A stretch of DNA of 10,768 bases from a virus (IMGVR_UViG_2617270967_000015); one strand, 5' to 3'. Shown: positions 1-9,137, counted from the stretch's first letter. Program-made: numbers and translations. The notes: generated by a model from the sequence alone, not told the origin.

Positions 1-1284
1 TTACAGACTTCTGGAAGGTTGCGCAGCTCTTACAACACGCGGTTGATCTTCCGCAGCGTCTTCCAGCGCACTTAAATCACGGTCTTTCACCTCTGGCATT
101 TTCAGCGCAGAGATTAAACCAATCACTGAATATGCCATGATCATAATGGCGATCGGATACCAGGATTCCGTCATGGTGCAGAAAATACCCGCCAGGATAG
201 GACCAAAACCGGAAGCGATAAGACCACCAATTTCTTTAGAAATAGCCATCCGGGTAAAGCGGTTTTTACAGCCGAACATTTCTGCCATGGTAATGTTTTC
301 CAGAGCAAATAATCCCAGCACCGCACAGTTATGAATCACAATCAGTGCAACCATAATGGTGCTCGGGGCATAGCTTTTATCTACAATGATAGAAAGCATT
401 GGCCATGCCAGCACAATCGCGGAGGTATTCATAATAATATACGGGATCCGGCGACCAATTTTATCGGATAACCAACCAAGGAACGGAATGGTCATAAAGC
501 CGAGAATCGAACTGATCATCAATGCATCTGTTGGAATTGCTTTGTTAAACAATAACGTCTGCACTAAATAGCCTGCAAGGAAAGTCTGAATTAACCCGGA
601 GTTACCCGCCTGACCAAAACGCAGCCCTGTTGCCAGCCAGAAGGATTTGCTCTGGAACATGCTACCAGCAGGTGCAGGTTTTGCTGTCGGTTGGTTACTG
701 TCGTTAACCTTCTCAAAGACCGGGCTTTCTTTCAGATTCATACGCAACCAGATAGCAAAGACCATCACGACAACACTCGCCAGGAACGGTATACGCCATC
801 CCCACGCCAGCAGTTCCTCTTTACTGAGAATGAAGAACATAAAGGCCCAGATTGCCGTTGCGCTCAAGGTTCCGCAGTTAGTTCCCATAGCCACAAATGA
901 GGAGATAATTCCGCGCTTACCTTTTGGCGCATATTCCGCCAGCATCGTACCGGCACCGGAAATTTCCGCACCTGCACCCAACCCCTGAATAATACGCAAC
1001 GTCACCAGCAAGATGGGTGCAAAAACACCAATCTGTGCATAGGTCGGTAACACACCAATTAAGGTGGTACAGATCCCCATCATGGTGATGGTAATAAAGA
1101 GCACTTTTTTACGCCCTATTCTGTCGCCCATTTTGCCGAAAATAAATGCTCCGACAATACGCGCCACATAACCTGCACCGTAGGTTCCCATTGCCAGAAT
1201 TAACGCCATTGCCGTTGATGATTCAGGAAAAAATATTTCATGAAACACTAACGCTGCGCCGAGCGAATATAACTGGAAATCCAT
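1..1284 (-). CDS. ydfJ: MFS-family transporter (metabolite:H+ symporter-like), YdfJ-like; N-terminus appears truncated
   Basis: 427-aa ORF with stop at 1-3 and ATG at 1284-1282. Many hydrophobic helices. MFS loop signature 'GKMGDRIGRKK' near residue 50 and a second copy 'SDKIGRR' near residue 275. The protein begins inside what aligns (from memory of ShiA/ProP-type relatives) to the first transmembrane helix, and there is no Shine-Dalgarno before the ATG. Confidence 0.85.
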   Translation of the reverse strand: MDFQLYSLGAALVFHEIFFPESSTAMALILAMGTYGAGYVARIVGAFIFGKMGDRIGRKKVLFITITMMGICTTLIGVLPTYAQIGVFAPILLVTLRIIQGLGAGAEISGAGTMLAEYAPKGKRGIISSFVAMGTNCGTLSATAIWAFMFFILSKEELLAWGWRIPFLASVVVMVFAIWLRMNLKESPVFEKVNDSNQPTAKPAPAGSMFQSKSFWLATGLRFGQAGNSGLIQTFLAGYLVQTLLFNKAIPTDALMISSILGFMTIPFLGWLSDKIGRRIPYIIMNTSAIVLAWPMLSIIVDKSYAPSTIMVALIVIHNCAVLGLFALENITMAEMFGCKNRFTRMAISKEIGGLIASGFGPILAGIFCTMTESWYPIAIMIMAYSVIGLISALKMPEVKDRDLSALEDAAEDQPRVVRAAQPSRSL

Positions 1285-1887
1285 AATTCACAGGTGTTTT
1301 TTCCCATCCTGTGGTTTCCTTGGCGTTTTCTAGGTTTTTTCAGATAGTTGCATTTTTTAAAAAGCATCCTAAGTTCGATCTCAGTGTCTATCTGGGGCCC
1401 ATTTCTGTCCCATATATGCCCCAAAAAAACTCCTCAACAGATAAGTAGTTTTTTCATGGAGTTACGCGTAAAATCAATAACGGCTGGAAATCATTCAATA
1501 CTCGCACTATCGAAAAATTTACCAGCCAACCGCAGCACGTTCTTGCATAAGGCGTGTCTGCGGTTTTTCAACTATTCAGATACATCACTCCCATCACATT
1601 CATTCCTCCACATCAAAGGCATATAGGCTATATCACCTTGATATTTTTCTTCTTCAGATAAAAACTGTTATCTATGTATACTTTTAAACCCAATCCGTGT
1701 AGAGTCTCTGCATAAGATAGTTTGCAGTTGCCACTTCAGCTTGCGCCATAAACCGCCTGATTTTTGCCGCCATCTGTTAGCATTCCTGTATACCTGAAAC
1801 GACAATGTTTATCTACGAACTTTAAGAACACCCAGGATAAAAATTGTCAACTATATCATATATAACACATTACTAATTCGAGGCTAT

Positions 1888-2001
1888 ATGAACAGCATAC
1901 TGATAATCACTTCGCTCCTTATCATATTCAGCATTTTTAGTCATGCTCTAATAAAATTAGGGATTGGCATATCCAATAACCCAGACAAAACCGATGTATA
2001 A
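1888..2001 (+). CDS. Hypothetical 37-aa small hydrophobic protein (single predicted TM helix)
   Basis: ATG at 1888 preceded by GAGG (1880-1883, 4-nt spacer); TAA at 1999-2001. Translation [37 protein letters not shown]. Below the ORF-track size cutoff. AT-rich context can produce such ORFs by chance. Confidence 0.25.
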
Positions 2002-2069
2002 GTCAACATATCCTGAATCAGACATACAATATCGCAATGAAAATCAATAATATTTTAAGGAATATATTC

Positions 2070-2303
2070 ATGAAATCAAAAGACACCCTAAAGTGGTTCC
2101 CTGCGCAGCTTCCTGAAGTCAGAATTATCCTAGGGGATGCTGTAGTGGAAGTAGCAAAACAGGGAAGACCTATCAATACCAGAACATTGCTTGATTACAT
2201 TGAAGGAAACATAAAGAAAAAATCATGGCTGGATAACAAAGAATTATTACAAACAGCGATATCAGTTCTTAAAGACAACCAAAATTTAAATGGTAAAATG
2301 TAA
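2070..2303 (+). CDS. ydfK: YdfK/YnaE-family small prophage protein (cold-shock associated, function unknown)
   Basis: ORF track 2037..2303 (88 aa). The internal ATG at 2070 has AAGGA about 9 nt upstream and gives 77 aa (MKSKDTLKWFPAQLPEV...), the length I recall for YdfK/YnaE. The start could instead be 2037. Confidence 0.7.
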   Translation: MKSKDTLKWFPAQLPEVRIILGDAVVEVAKQGRPINTRTLLDYIEGNIKKKSWLDNKELLQTAISVLKDNQNLNGKM

Positions 2304-2619
2304 TATAATAAACTTACTTTTTTATCATTTTTCCACTTTAACAACATTTTGCTCCACTTTTCCACGACCAAACAACTTGAAATCTGGTTAAAATAACACG
2401 CAACACTATTCTTCTTCCTTGAGTCCGCCCGGAACTCGAAAAACAAACCGAGTTAAAGCCATTTTTCACAAAATCGATTTTGGGTCTCACCAAAGTTACG
2501 GGGTTGCATACGCATTCGTTTATTTTCGAACGTGTACATACAAATATGCACAAAAATAATCAAAATTATTTTCTGAGATGCATTATGATATGAACACCAA
2601 TTTCGTATAGAGTCTCACT

Positions 2620-3210
2620 ATGTCTCGAATTTTTGCTTACTGTCGGATATCAACGCTGGATCAGACCACCGAAAATCAACGCCGGGAAATCGAAAGTGCA
2701 GGTTTTAAAATCAAACCTCAGCAAATAATCGAAGAACACATTAGCGGCTCAGCAGCAACCAGTGAGCGTCCTGGTTTTAACCGGTTGCTTGCTCGCCTGA
2801 AATGTGGTGATCAATTGATTGTGACAAAACTGGATCGCCTTGGTTGTAATGCAATGGATATCAGGAAAACAGTGGAACAACTGACCGAAACAGGTATCAG
2901 AGTGCATTGCTTAGCATTGGGGGGCATTGACCTGACCAGTCCAACAGGAAAAATGATGATGCACGTAATTTCAGCAGTCGCTGAATTTGAACGAGACCTT
3001 TTACTTGAACGCACTCATTCCGGGATAGTAAGAGCCCGCGGCGCAGGGAAACGTTTTGGTCGACCACCTGTGTTAAATGAAGAACAGAAACAGGTGGTAT
3101 TCGAACGAATTAAGTCAGGTGTAAGTATAAGTGCCATTGCCCGGGAATTCAAAACCTCGCGGCAAACCATTTTAAGAGCCAAAGCAAAACTTCAGACACC
3201 TGACATATAA
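2620..3210 (+). CDS. pinQ: Serine recombinase / DNA invertase of the Gin-Hin-Cin-Pin family
   Basis: 196-aa ORF. N-terminal catalytic region 'YCRISTLDQ' with the conserved serine, resolvase-type catalytic domain, and C-terminal helix-turn-helix '[18 protein letters not shown]'. Confidence 0.9.
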   Translation: MSRIFAYCRISTLDQTTENQRREIESAGFKIKPQQIIEEHISGSAATSERPGFNRLLARLKCGDQLIVTKLDRLGCNAMDIRKTVEQLTETGIRVHCLALGGIDLTSPTGKMMMHVISAVAEFERDLLLERTHSGIVRARGAGKRFGRPPVLNEEQKQVVFERIKSGVSISAIAREFKTSRQTILRAKAKLQTPDI

Positions 3211-3307
3211 AAAATAATCTCGGTGTGAGATGCTTTACGTCTTCCAAGCCCCCTTCCTTGCCGTAAATGGAGAGATACATCTAATTATAGAATTTATATG
3301 TTTTACC

Positions 3308-3883
3308 CTACGGCAGTGCTGGCCATTCAATATCCGGTGCAGTTGATGTATCAACACGGTTCAGCAACACCCGATACTTTTTCCAGGCTTCCAGCAACAA
3401 GGTTTCTTCCTCCGTTGCGATCTCCAGATCCACAGCATCCTGAAGCGGCGCTATATGCTCACTGGCTATCTGCATCAGGCTGTTTTTTGTTTCTTCCGCC
3501 TCCCGGATCCGGAACAGTTTTTCTGCTTCCGTATCCTTCACCCAGGCTGTGCCGTTCCACTTCTGATATTCCCCTCCCGGCGATAACCAGGTAACATTTT
3601 CCGGTAACGGACCGAGTTCAGAAATAAATAACGCGTCCCCTGATGCCACGTCATAAACCGTTTTACCCCGATGATCTTCAACGAGATGCCACGATGCCTC
3701 ATCACTGTTGAAAACAGCCACGAAGCCTGCCGGAATATCTGGCGGTGCAATATCGGTACTGTTTGCTGGCAGACCTGTATGAGGCGGAATATATGCGTCA
3801 CCTTCACCAATAAATTCATTAGTTCCGGCCAGCAGATTATAAATTTTTATGGTCCGTGGTTGTTCACTCATTCTGAATGCCAT
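3308..3883 (-). CDS. tfaQ: Tail fibre assembly protein (lambda Tfa-like)
   Basis: 191-aa ORF. Its start overlaps the upstream stf stop as TAATG, typical stf-tfa coupling. The sequence is recognisable as lambdoid Tfa. Confidence 0.9.
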   Translation of the reverse strand: MAFRMSEQPRTIKIYNLLAGTNEFIGEGDAYIPPHTGLPANSTDIAPPDIPAGFVAVFNSDEASWHLVEDHRGKTVYDVASGDALFISELGPLPENVTWLSPGGEYQKWNGTAWVKDTEAEKLFRIREAEETKNSLMQIASEHIAPLQDAVDLEIATEEETLLLEAWKKYRVLLNRVDTSTAPDIEWPALP

Positions 3884-4191
3884 TACGCAAGCCTCACAAT
3901 ATAGTTAAATGCGATGTTTTTGACGGTGTTTTCCGCGTTACCAGCAGCGTTAACGGTGATGGTATGTCCATGTGAACCAATCGCAACGGAGTGCGTATGA
4001 GCACCAATACCGACAGTATGTGCGTGTGCACCTGCGCTTGCAGCAGTACCCGATACAGAGTGCGTATGAGCGCCTGCAGAAGAAGTGTTAACACTGTATT
4101 TAGAATAATCAGGTGATCCACTTCCCGGAGCACCACTGGAACCACCTGAAACAAATGTCATCAAATGGGTATGTGCACCGGCTGTCCCCAT
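3883..4191 (-). pseudogene. stfQ: Side tail fibre (Stf) C-terminal remnant
   Basis: 102 codons ending '...[29 protein letters not shown]' with repeated GAHTH / GAHAH His-x-His motifs typical of lambda Stf / T4 gp37-type fibre tips. No fibre N-terminus is present. The frame stays open upstream but is out of frame with the adjacent J-like fragment. Confidence 0.8.
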
Positions 4192-4487
4192 GCATTTACC
4201 GCCCGGACTGTCAGCCTGTAATTTCCCAGCGCCAGCTGCGTGAAGCGATATGTGGTTTCCGTCGTCCGGGCCGTGCTGACCAACCGCTCACTGCCGTCGT
4301 CCGCTGCCACGGTCAGGCGAAGCATAAAGCTCACCCCCTTCACCACCTTCGGCGTGTCCCAGCGCGCCAGCACCTGGTATTCCCCGCTGTCTGCGGTGAC
4401 TTCTGCGGTCAGGTGCTGAACTGCTGGCGGCGTGACACCATTCACCGTGCCGCTCTGGTCACCGTCAAAGTGCGCCCCGTTATCAGT
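4161..4487 (-). pseudogene. Internal fragment of lambda J-like tail tip / host specificity protein
   Basis: Frame open from the stop at 4488-4490 down to the stop at 4161. Translation '...[76 protein letters not shown]' matches my recollection of an internal segment of lambda J. It ends 6 codons after the junction with stf sequence. Confidence 0.7.
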
Positions 4488-4987
4488 TCATCCAGCGCGG
4501 CTGCTTTGTTCATGGCTTTGATGATATCCCGTTTCAGGAAATCAACATGTCGGTTTTCCAGTTCCGGAAAACGCCGCTGCACCGACAGGGGGATCCCGTC
4601 GAGAATACTGGCAATTTCACCTGCGATCCGCGACAGCACGAAAGTACAGAATGCGGTTTCCACCACTTCAGCGGAGTCTCTGGCATTTTTCAGCTCCTGT
4701 GCGTCGGCCTGCGCACGCGTAAGTCGATGGCGTTCGTACTCAATAGTCCCTGGCTGGAGATCTGTCTCGCTGGCCTGCCGCAGTTCTTCAACTTCCCGGC
4801 GCAGCTTTTCGTTCTCAATTTCAGCATCCCTTTCGGCATACCATTTTATGACGGCGGCAGAATCATAAAGCACCTCATTACCCTTGCCACCGCCTCGCAG
4901 AACGGGCATTCCCTGTTCCTGCCAGTTCTGAATGGTACGGATACTCGCACCGAAAATGTCAGCCAGCTGCTTTTTGTTGACTTCCAT
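4442..4987 (-). CDS. nohQ: Terminase small subunit, lambda Nu1 homologue; C-terminal ~12-15 residues replaced at a deletion junction
   Basis: 181-aa ORF 'MEVNKKQLADIFGASIRTIQNWQEQGMPVLRGGGKGNEV...' is essentially lambda Nu1 (winged-HTH N-terminus) up to '...NKAAALDELI', then diverges ('TGRTLTVTRAAR') where the DNA runs into J-like sequence. Confidence 0.9.
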   Translation of the reverse strand: MEVNKKQLADIFGASIRTIQNWQEQGMPVLRGGGKGNEVLYDSAAVIKWYAERDAEIENEKLRREVEELRQASETDLQPGTIEYERHRLTRAQADAQELKNARDSAEVVETAFCTFVLSRIAGEIASILDGIPLSVQRRFPELENRHVDFLKRDIIKAMNKAAALDELITGRTLTVTRAAR

Positions 4988-5230
4988 TGTTCATTCCACG
5001 GACAAAAACAGAGAAAGGAAACGACAAAGGCCAAAAAGCCCGCTTTCAGCACCTGTCGTTTCCTTTCTTTTCAGGGGGTATTTTAAATAAAAACATTAAG
5101 TTACGACGAAGAAGAACGGAAACACCTTAAACCGGAAAATTTTCATAAATAGCGAAAACCCGCGAGGTCGCCGCCCCGTAACCTGTCGGATCACCGGAAA
5201 GGACCCGTAAAGTGATAATGATTATCATCT
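4988..5230 (-). other. Lambda-type cos site (cosB - cosN - cosQ region)
   Basis: The minus strand reads '...GTTACG GGGCGGCGACCT CGCGGGTTTTCGCTATTTATGAAAATTTTCCGG...'. The 12-nt lambda cohesive-end sequence GGGCGGCGACCT is the reverse complement of 5165-5176. The 177 bp between cosN and the Nu1 start (4988-5164) corresponds to cosB. Confidence 0.8.
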
Positions 5231-5375
5231 ACATATCACAACGTGCGTGGAGGCCATCAAACCACGTCAAATAATCAATTATGACGCAGGTATCGTATTA
5301 ATTGATCTGCATCAACTTAACGTAAAAACAACTTCAGACAATACAAATCAGCGACACTGAATACGGGGCAACCTC

Positions 5376-5609
5376 ATGTCAACGAAGAACAGAACCCGCA
5401 GAACAACAACCCGCAACATCCGCTTTCCTAACCAAATGATTGAACAAATTAACATCGCTCTTGAGCAAAAAGGGGCCGGGAATTTCTCAGCCTGGGTCAT
5501 TGAAGCCTGCCGCCGGAGACTGTGCTCAGAAAAAAGAGTTTCTTCTGAAGCAAACAAAGAAAAGAGTGACATTACTGAATTGCTCAGAAAACAGGTCAGA
5601 CCAGATTGA
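5376..5609 (+). CDS. ynfO: Small basic protein with predicted ribbon-helix-helix DNA-binding fold
   Basis: 77-aa ORF. N-terminus rich in R/T/N, followed by 'RNIRFPNQMIEQINIALEQKGAGNFSAWVIEACRRRL', which has a beta-strand / helix / Gly-turn / helix pattern typical of RHH (CopG/Arc-like) proteins. Confidence 0.7.
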   Translation: MSTKNRTRRTTTRNIRFPNQMIEQINIALEQKGAGNFSAWVIEACRRRLCSEKRVSSEANKEKSDITELLRKQVRPD

Positions 5610-5666
5610 AGCAATTTAGATAATCGTGCAGACTACGCCCCCTCATATCACATGGAAGGTTTATCT

Positions 5667-6077
5667 ATGGATCAGGTAGTCATTTTTAAACAAATATTTG
5701 ATAAAGTTCGAAACGATTTAAACTATCAATGGTTTTATTCTGAGCTAAAACGTCACAATGTCTCACATTACATTTACTATTTAGCCACAGAGAATGTTCA
5801 TATTGTATTAAAAAATGATAATACAGTGTTATTAAAGGGCCTAAAAAACATTGTGTCTGTCAAATTTTCAAAGGATAGGCATCTTATAGAAACGACCTCT
5901 AATAAGCTGAAATCCAGAGAGATCACATTTCAGGAATACAGAAGAAACCTTGCTAAAGCAGGAGTTTTTCGGTGGGTTACAAATATCCACGAACAAAAAA
6001 GATATTACTATACCTTTGATAATTCATTACTATTTACTGAAAGCATCCAGAAAACTACACAGATCTTACCACGCTAA
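5667..6077 (+). CDS. ydfO: DUF1398-family prophage protein (YdfO/YbcV-like), function unknown
   Basis: ORF track 5652..6077. The ATG at 5667 has GGAAGG 7 nt upstream and gives 136 aa ([13 protein letters not shown]...). Confidence 0.75.
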
Positions 6078-6180
6078 ACCATAACGTCCGGCTTCTCTCA
6101 CTCCTGAGCCGGACTGCATTGGTTTAATAAAAACCATCAACAATTGTGATTTAGATATTCGGAACCATTCAAATATAACA

Positions 6181-6202
6181 AAACCCCGTAAAAACGAGGT
6201 TT
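6181..6202. terminator. Possible bidirectional intrinsic terminator between ydfO and gnsB
   Basis: Hairpin AAACCCCG-TAAAAA-CGAGGTTT (one mismatch), flanked by T-rich sequence on both strands. Confidence 0.4.
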
Positions 6203-6228
6203 ATGGATAAATTTTATTATTGAATACA

Positions 6229-6402
6229 TCAGATTAAATTAATCTTGACATCATAGCTTTCAAGACCCGTCATTTTTTCCCGTGCGGTAAACTGAATACT
6301 GGTAACTTCTTTCCCGGTCTTTTTCTTAAGTTCAATAATTTTTTTTGTTATATATTCAGAAATATCTGCTTCTGCTTTTGTTTTTAAGTTTTCAATATTC
6401 AT
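6229..6402 (-). CDS. gnsB: GnsA/GnsB-family small protein
   Basis: 57-codon ORF below the track cutoff: MNIENLKTKAEADISEYITKKIIELKKKTGKEVTSIQFTAREKMTGLESYDVKINLI. GAGG lies 5 nt upstream of the ATG at 6402. Contains the 'FTAREKMTGLESYDVKI' segment I recall from GnsA/GnsB. Confidence 0.7.
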   Translation of the reverse strand: MNIENLKTKAEADISEYITKKIIELKKKTGKEVTSIQFTAREKMTGLESYDVKINLI

Positions 6403-6573
6403 CATTTCCTCTTTTAGTCTGTTATGACTTTCCAGTTACACAGTAAGTCGATTATATGGTGCAAACGTGTAAAAGATAAGATGAAACATCGCAATAATCA
6501 ACATACGATAGTCTAAATTTTACACAAACAGACAAAGAGAATTTTCCTGAATTATCAATGCAATAGCATCAAA

Positions 6574-6729
6574 TCAACTCAAGAGCCTTATTGCTGCTTC
6601 CAGAATTTCTTCTGAAGTAACATGTCGATCCGCGGCTACATAAATGACTTTATGATCTCCGGTCAGAGATGGAAACCCTGCGGCCATTACAGTAAGGTGT
6701 GTTTTTTCGCCATTTGGATATTCACGCAT
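6574..6729 (-). CDS. ynfN: Small prophage protein YnfN-like
   Basis: The track ORF 6574..6765 uses a GTG start. The internal ATG at 6729 gives 51 aa (MREYPNGEKTHLTVMAAGFPSLTGDHKVIYVAADRHVTSEEILEAAIRLLS) with GGAG about 11 nt upstream. Start is uncertain. Confidence 0.55.
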   Translation of the reverse strand: MREYPNGEKTHLTVMAAGFPSLTGDHKVIYVAADRHVTSEEILEAAIRLLS

Positions 6730-6845
6730 GATGGTGTTAACTCCAGTCATCGCTGGCACTACCACTGCTGGTTCAGAGTTAAAAAAAACTATGTTTTTTT
6801 CATGATGTTACCGTAGTATGTGAGTATCCATCGAATAGACACCAA

Positions 6846-6867
6846 GCAAAAAAGCTCCCGAAGGAGC
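6846..6867 (-). terminator. Rho-independent terminator downstream of cspI
   Basis: On the minus strand: GGCTCC-TTCG-GGAGC hairpin (GC-rich stem, tetraloop) immediately followed by TTTTTTG. Confidence 0.55.
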
Positions 6868-7074
6868 CTTCATTTTCACTTTTTTAAATCCAACGACAGA
6901 CGGCTGGCATTTAAGTATTGTGAAATATTATCAAATGTAATCATCATTGATTTACAAAAGATACATTTTGCCCCGAAAGGATTCATGTCAGAAACATCAA
7001 AAGATGATGTTCTATACTGGGAACCATGACAACACGGGCATCTAAAGTGAATATGGTTTGTAATATTGTCTACC

Positions 7075-7287
7075 TCAAAGCGCCACTACATGAACAGCGG
7101 CAGGACCTTTAGGTCCGTTCTCAATACCAAATTCAACTTCCTGATTCTCAGTTAATGTTTTGAAATCGTTGCTCTGAATTGCTGAGAAATGGACAAACAC
7201 ATCTTTGCTGCCATCTTTCGGCGTGATGAAACCAAAACCTTTTTCAGGGTTAAACCATTTCACTAAACCAGTCATTTTGTTAGACAT
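7075..7287 (-). CDS. cspI: Cold-shock protein (CspA family, OB-fold)
   Basis: 70-aa ORF with RNP1 motif 'KGFGFI' and RNP2-like 'VFVHF'. AAGG lies about 8 nt upstream of the ATG. A ~360 bp non-coding region lies upstream (7288-7649), consistent with the long 5' leaders of cspA-family genes. Confidence 0.9.
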   Translation of the reverse strand: MSNKMTGLVKWFNPEKGFGFITPKDGSKDVFVHFSAIQSNDFKTLTENQEVEFGIENGPKGPAAVHVVAL

Positions 7288-7649
7288 AATTATTACCTTT
7301 TGAAGAAATTAGCCCTTGGGCAGAATGGTCCGAAAAAAAATATCAGAGAGAAAAACCAACAAGGAAATCTCAAGAGGTACAAATAATAAAATTATAACAA
7401 TGACTGCTTCAGATAAATTTGTAACAAACCAGAACACCATTAACGCATGATTAACCACCCATAGCAAGGATTACTTTTGTAAAGAAAAACACAGCAATGA
7501 AAGAATAGCTTTATTTATTAATAAAACGTGTCATTCTGATTAAGACCTTTTATCTTACCCTTAAGATTTCAGGAATTTTGGCTCATGGAAGAGTCCTTTT
7601 TATTTAAATTTTACATTCCGCGATGTAAATGTTCCGATTTAATATTACC

Positions 7650-8673
<1,024 letters not shown>

Positions 8674-8677
<4 letters not shown>

Positions 8678-8756
8678 AGATATTTATGATGAGGACGCTC
8701 GTGCTTATTGGCAGGATTTTCAATCTTAAAGGAGTACTGATGCTGCAGATAAGACT
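8674..8756 (-). pseudogene. 3' remnant (~26 codons) of the gene upstream of the endolysin, truncated by the IS insertion (possibly ydfR-like)
   Basis: A frame is open from the IS boundary to a TGA that overlaps the rrrQ ATG (ATGA coupling). Identity as ydfR is inferred only from K-12 gene order recalled from memory. Confidence 0.3.
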
Positions 8757-8810
8757 TGAACCGCCCCGGGGATCCTGGAGACTAAACTTCCTGAGAAAGA
8801 GGTAAACAGG

Positions 8811-9137
8811 ATGACTAAAAATACTCGTTTTTCCCCCGAAGTCCGTCAACGGGCAGTCCGTATGGTTCTGGAAAGTCAGGGCGAATATGACTCACAGTGG
8901 GCGGCAATTTGTTCCATTGCCCCAAAGATTGGCTGTACGCCGGAGACTCTGCGTGTCTGGGTACGACAGCATGAGCGGGATACCGGAGGCGGTGATGGAG
9001 GGCTCACCACCGCTGAACGTCAGCGTCTGAAAGAGCTGGAGCGTGAAAATCGTGAACTGCGCCGCAGTAACGATATCCTTCGCCAGGCTTCCGCTTATTT
9101 TGCGAAGGCGGAGTTCGACCGCCTCTGGAAAAAATGA
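8811..9137 (+). CDS. IS3-family transposase OrfA (HTH / leucine-zipper component)
   Basis: 108 aa '[57 protein letters not shown]...'. GAGG 8 nt upstream. A6 run at 9129-9134 overlaps the stop. Confidence 0.9.
   Translation: MTKNTRFSPEVRQRAVRMVLESQGEYDSQWAAICSIAPKIGCTPETLRVWVRQHERDTGGGDGGLTTAERQRLKELERENRELRRSNDILRQASAYFAKAEFDRLWKK

Noticed and set aside
137-988. Plus-strand ORFs inside the MFS transporter gene (137..334, 386..571, 647..988, 691..900)
   Set aside because: Antisense to a well-supported transporter ORF; no recognisable domains.
1348-1626. 92-aa plus-strand ORF in the ydfJ-ydfK intergenic block
   Set aside because: No Shine-Dalgarno, Ser/Leu-rich low-complexity translation, AT-rich non-coding context.
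2195-2553. Minus-strand ORFs (2195..2446, 2338..2553) between ydfK and pinQ
   Set aside because: They overlap the ydfK 3' end and the pinQ upstream region, have no ribosome-binding site, and give Phe/Leu/Cys-rich translations typical of AT-rich non-coding DNA.
1689-2619. Repeated motif CCAAT..CGT(G/A)TAGAGTCTC at 1689-1708 and 2597-2616, the latter immediately before the pinQ start codon
   Set aside because: A 12/13 core match plus a 5-mer is not clearly beyond chance for a 10.8-kb self-comparison. Possibly a shared regulatory element, but not supportable from sequence alone.
3298-3904. ORFs overlapping tfaQ on either strand (3298..3594 +, 3538..3819 -, 3671..3904 +)
   Set aside because: Alternative frames of, or antisense to, the well-supported 191-aa Tfa ORF.
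3255-4207. Inverted 12/15 nt match between 3255-3269 (pinQ-tfaQ spacer) and 4193-4207 (near the J/stf junction), as candidate invertase crossover sites
   Set aside because: Neither copy has the AAACC / GGTTT half-site core or the dyad symmetry of gix/hix/cix sites, and the match is statistically weak.
4113-5086. Long plus-strand ORFs (251 aa at 4113..4868, 179 aa at 4547..5086) antisense to the J fragment and nohQ
   Set aside because: They lie opposite strongly supported lambda-homologous coding and cos sequence, have Arg/Ser/Cys-rich low-complexity translations typical of antisense frames in GC-rich DNA, and lack ribosome-binding sites.
5348-5614. 88-aa minus-strand ORF antisense to ynfO
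   Set aside because: Wholly antisense to ynfO; no ribosome-binding site.
6622-7029. Plus-strand ORFs 6622..6816 and 6820..7029
   Set aside because: The first is antisense to ynfN; the second spans the cspI terminator hairpin and lacks a ribosome-binding site.
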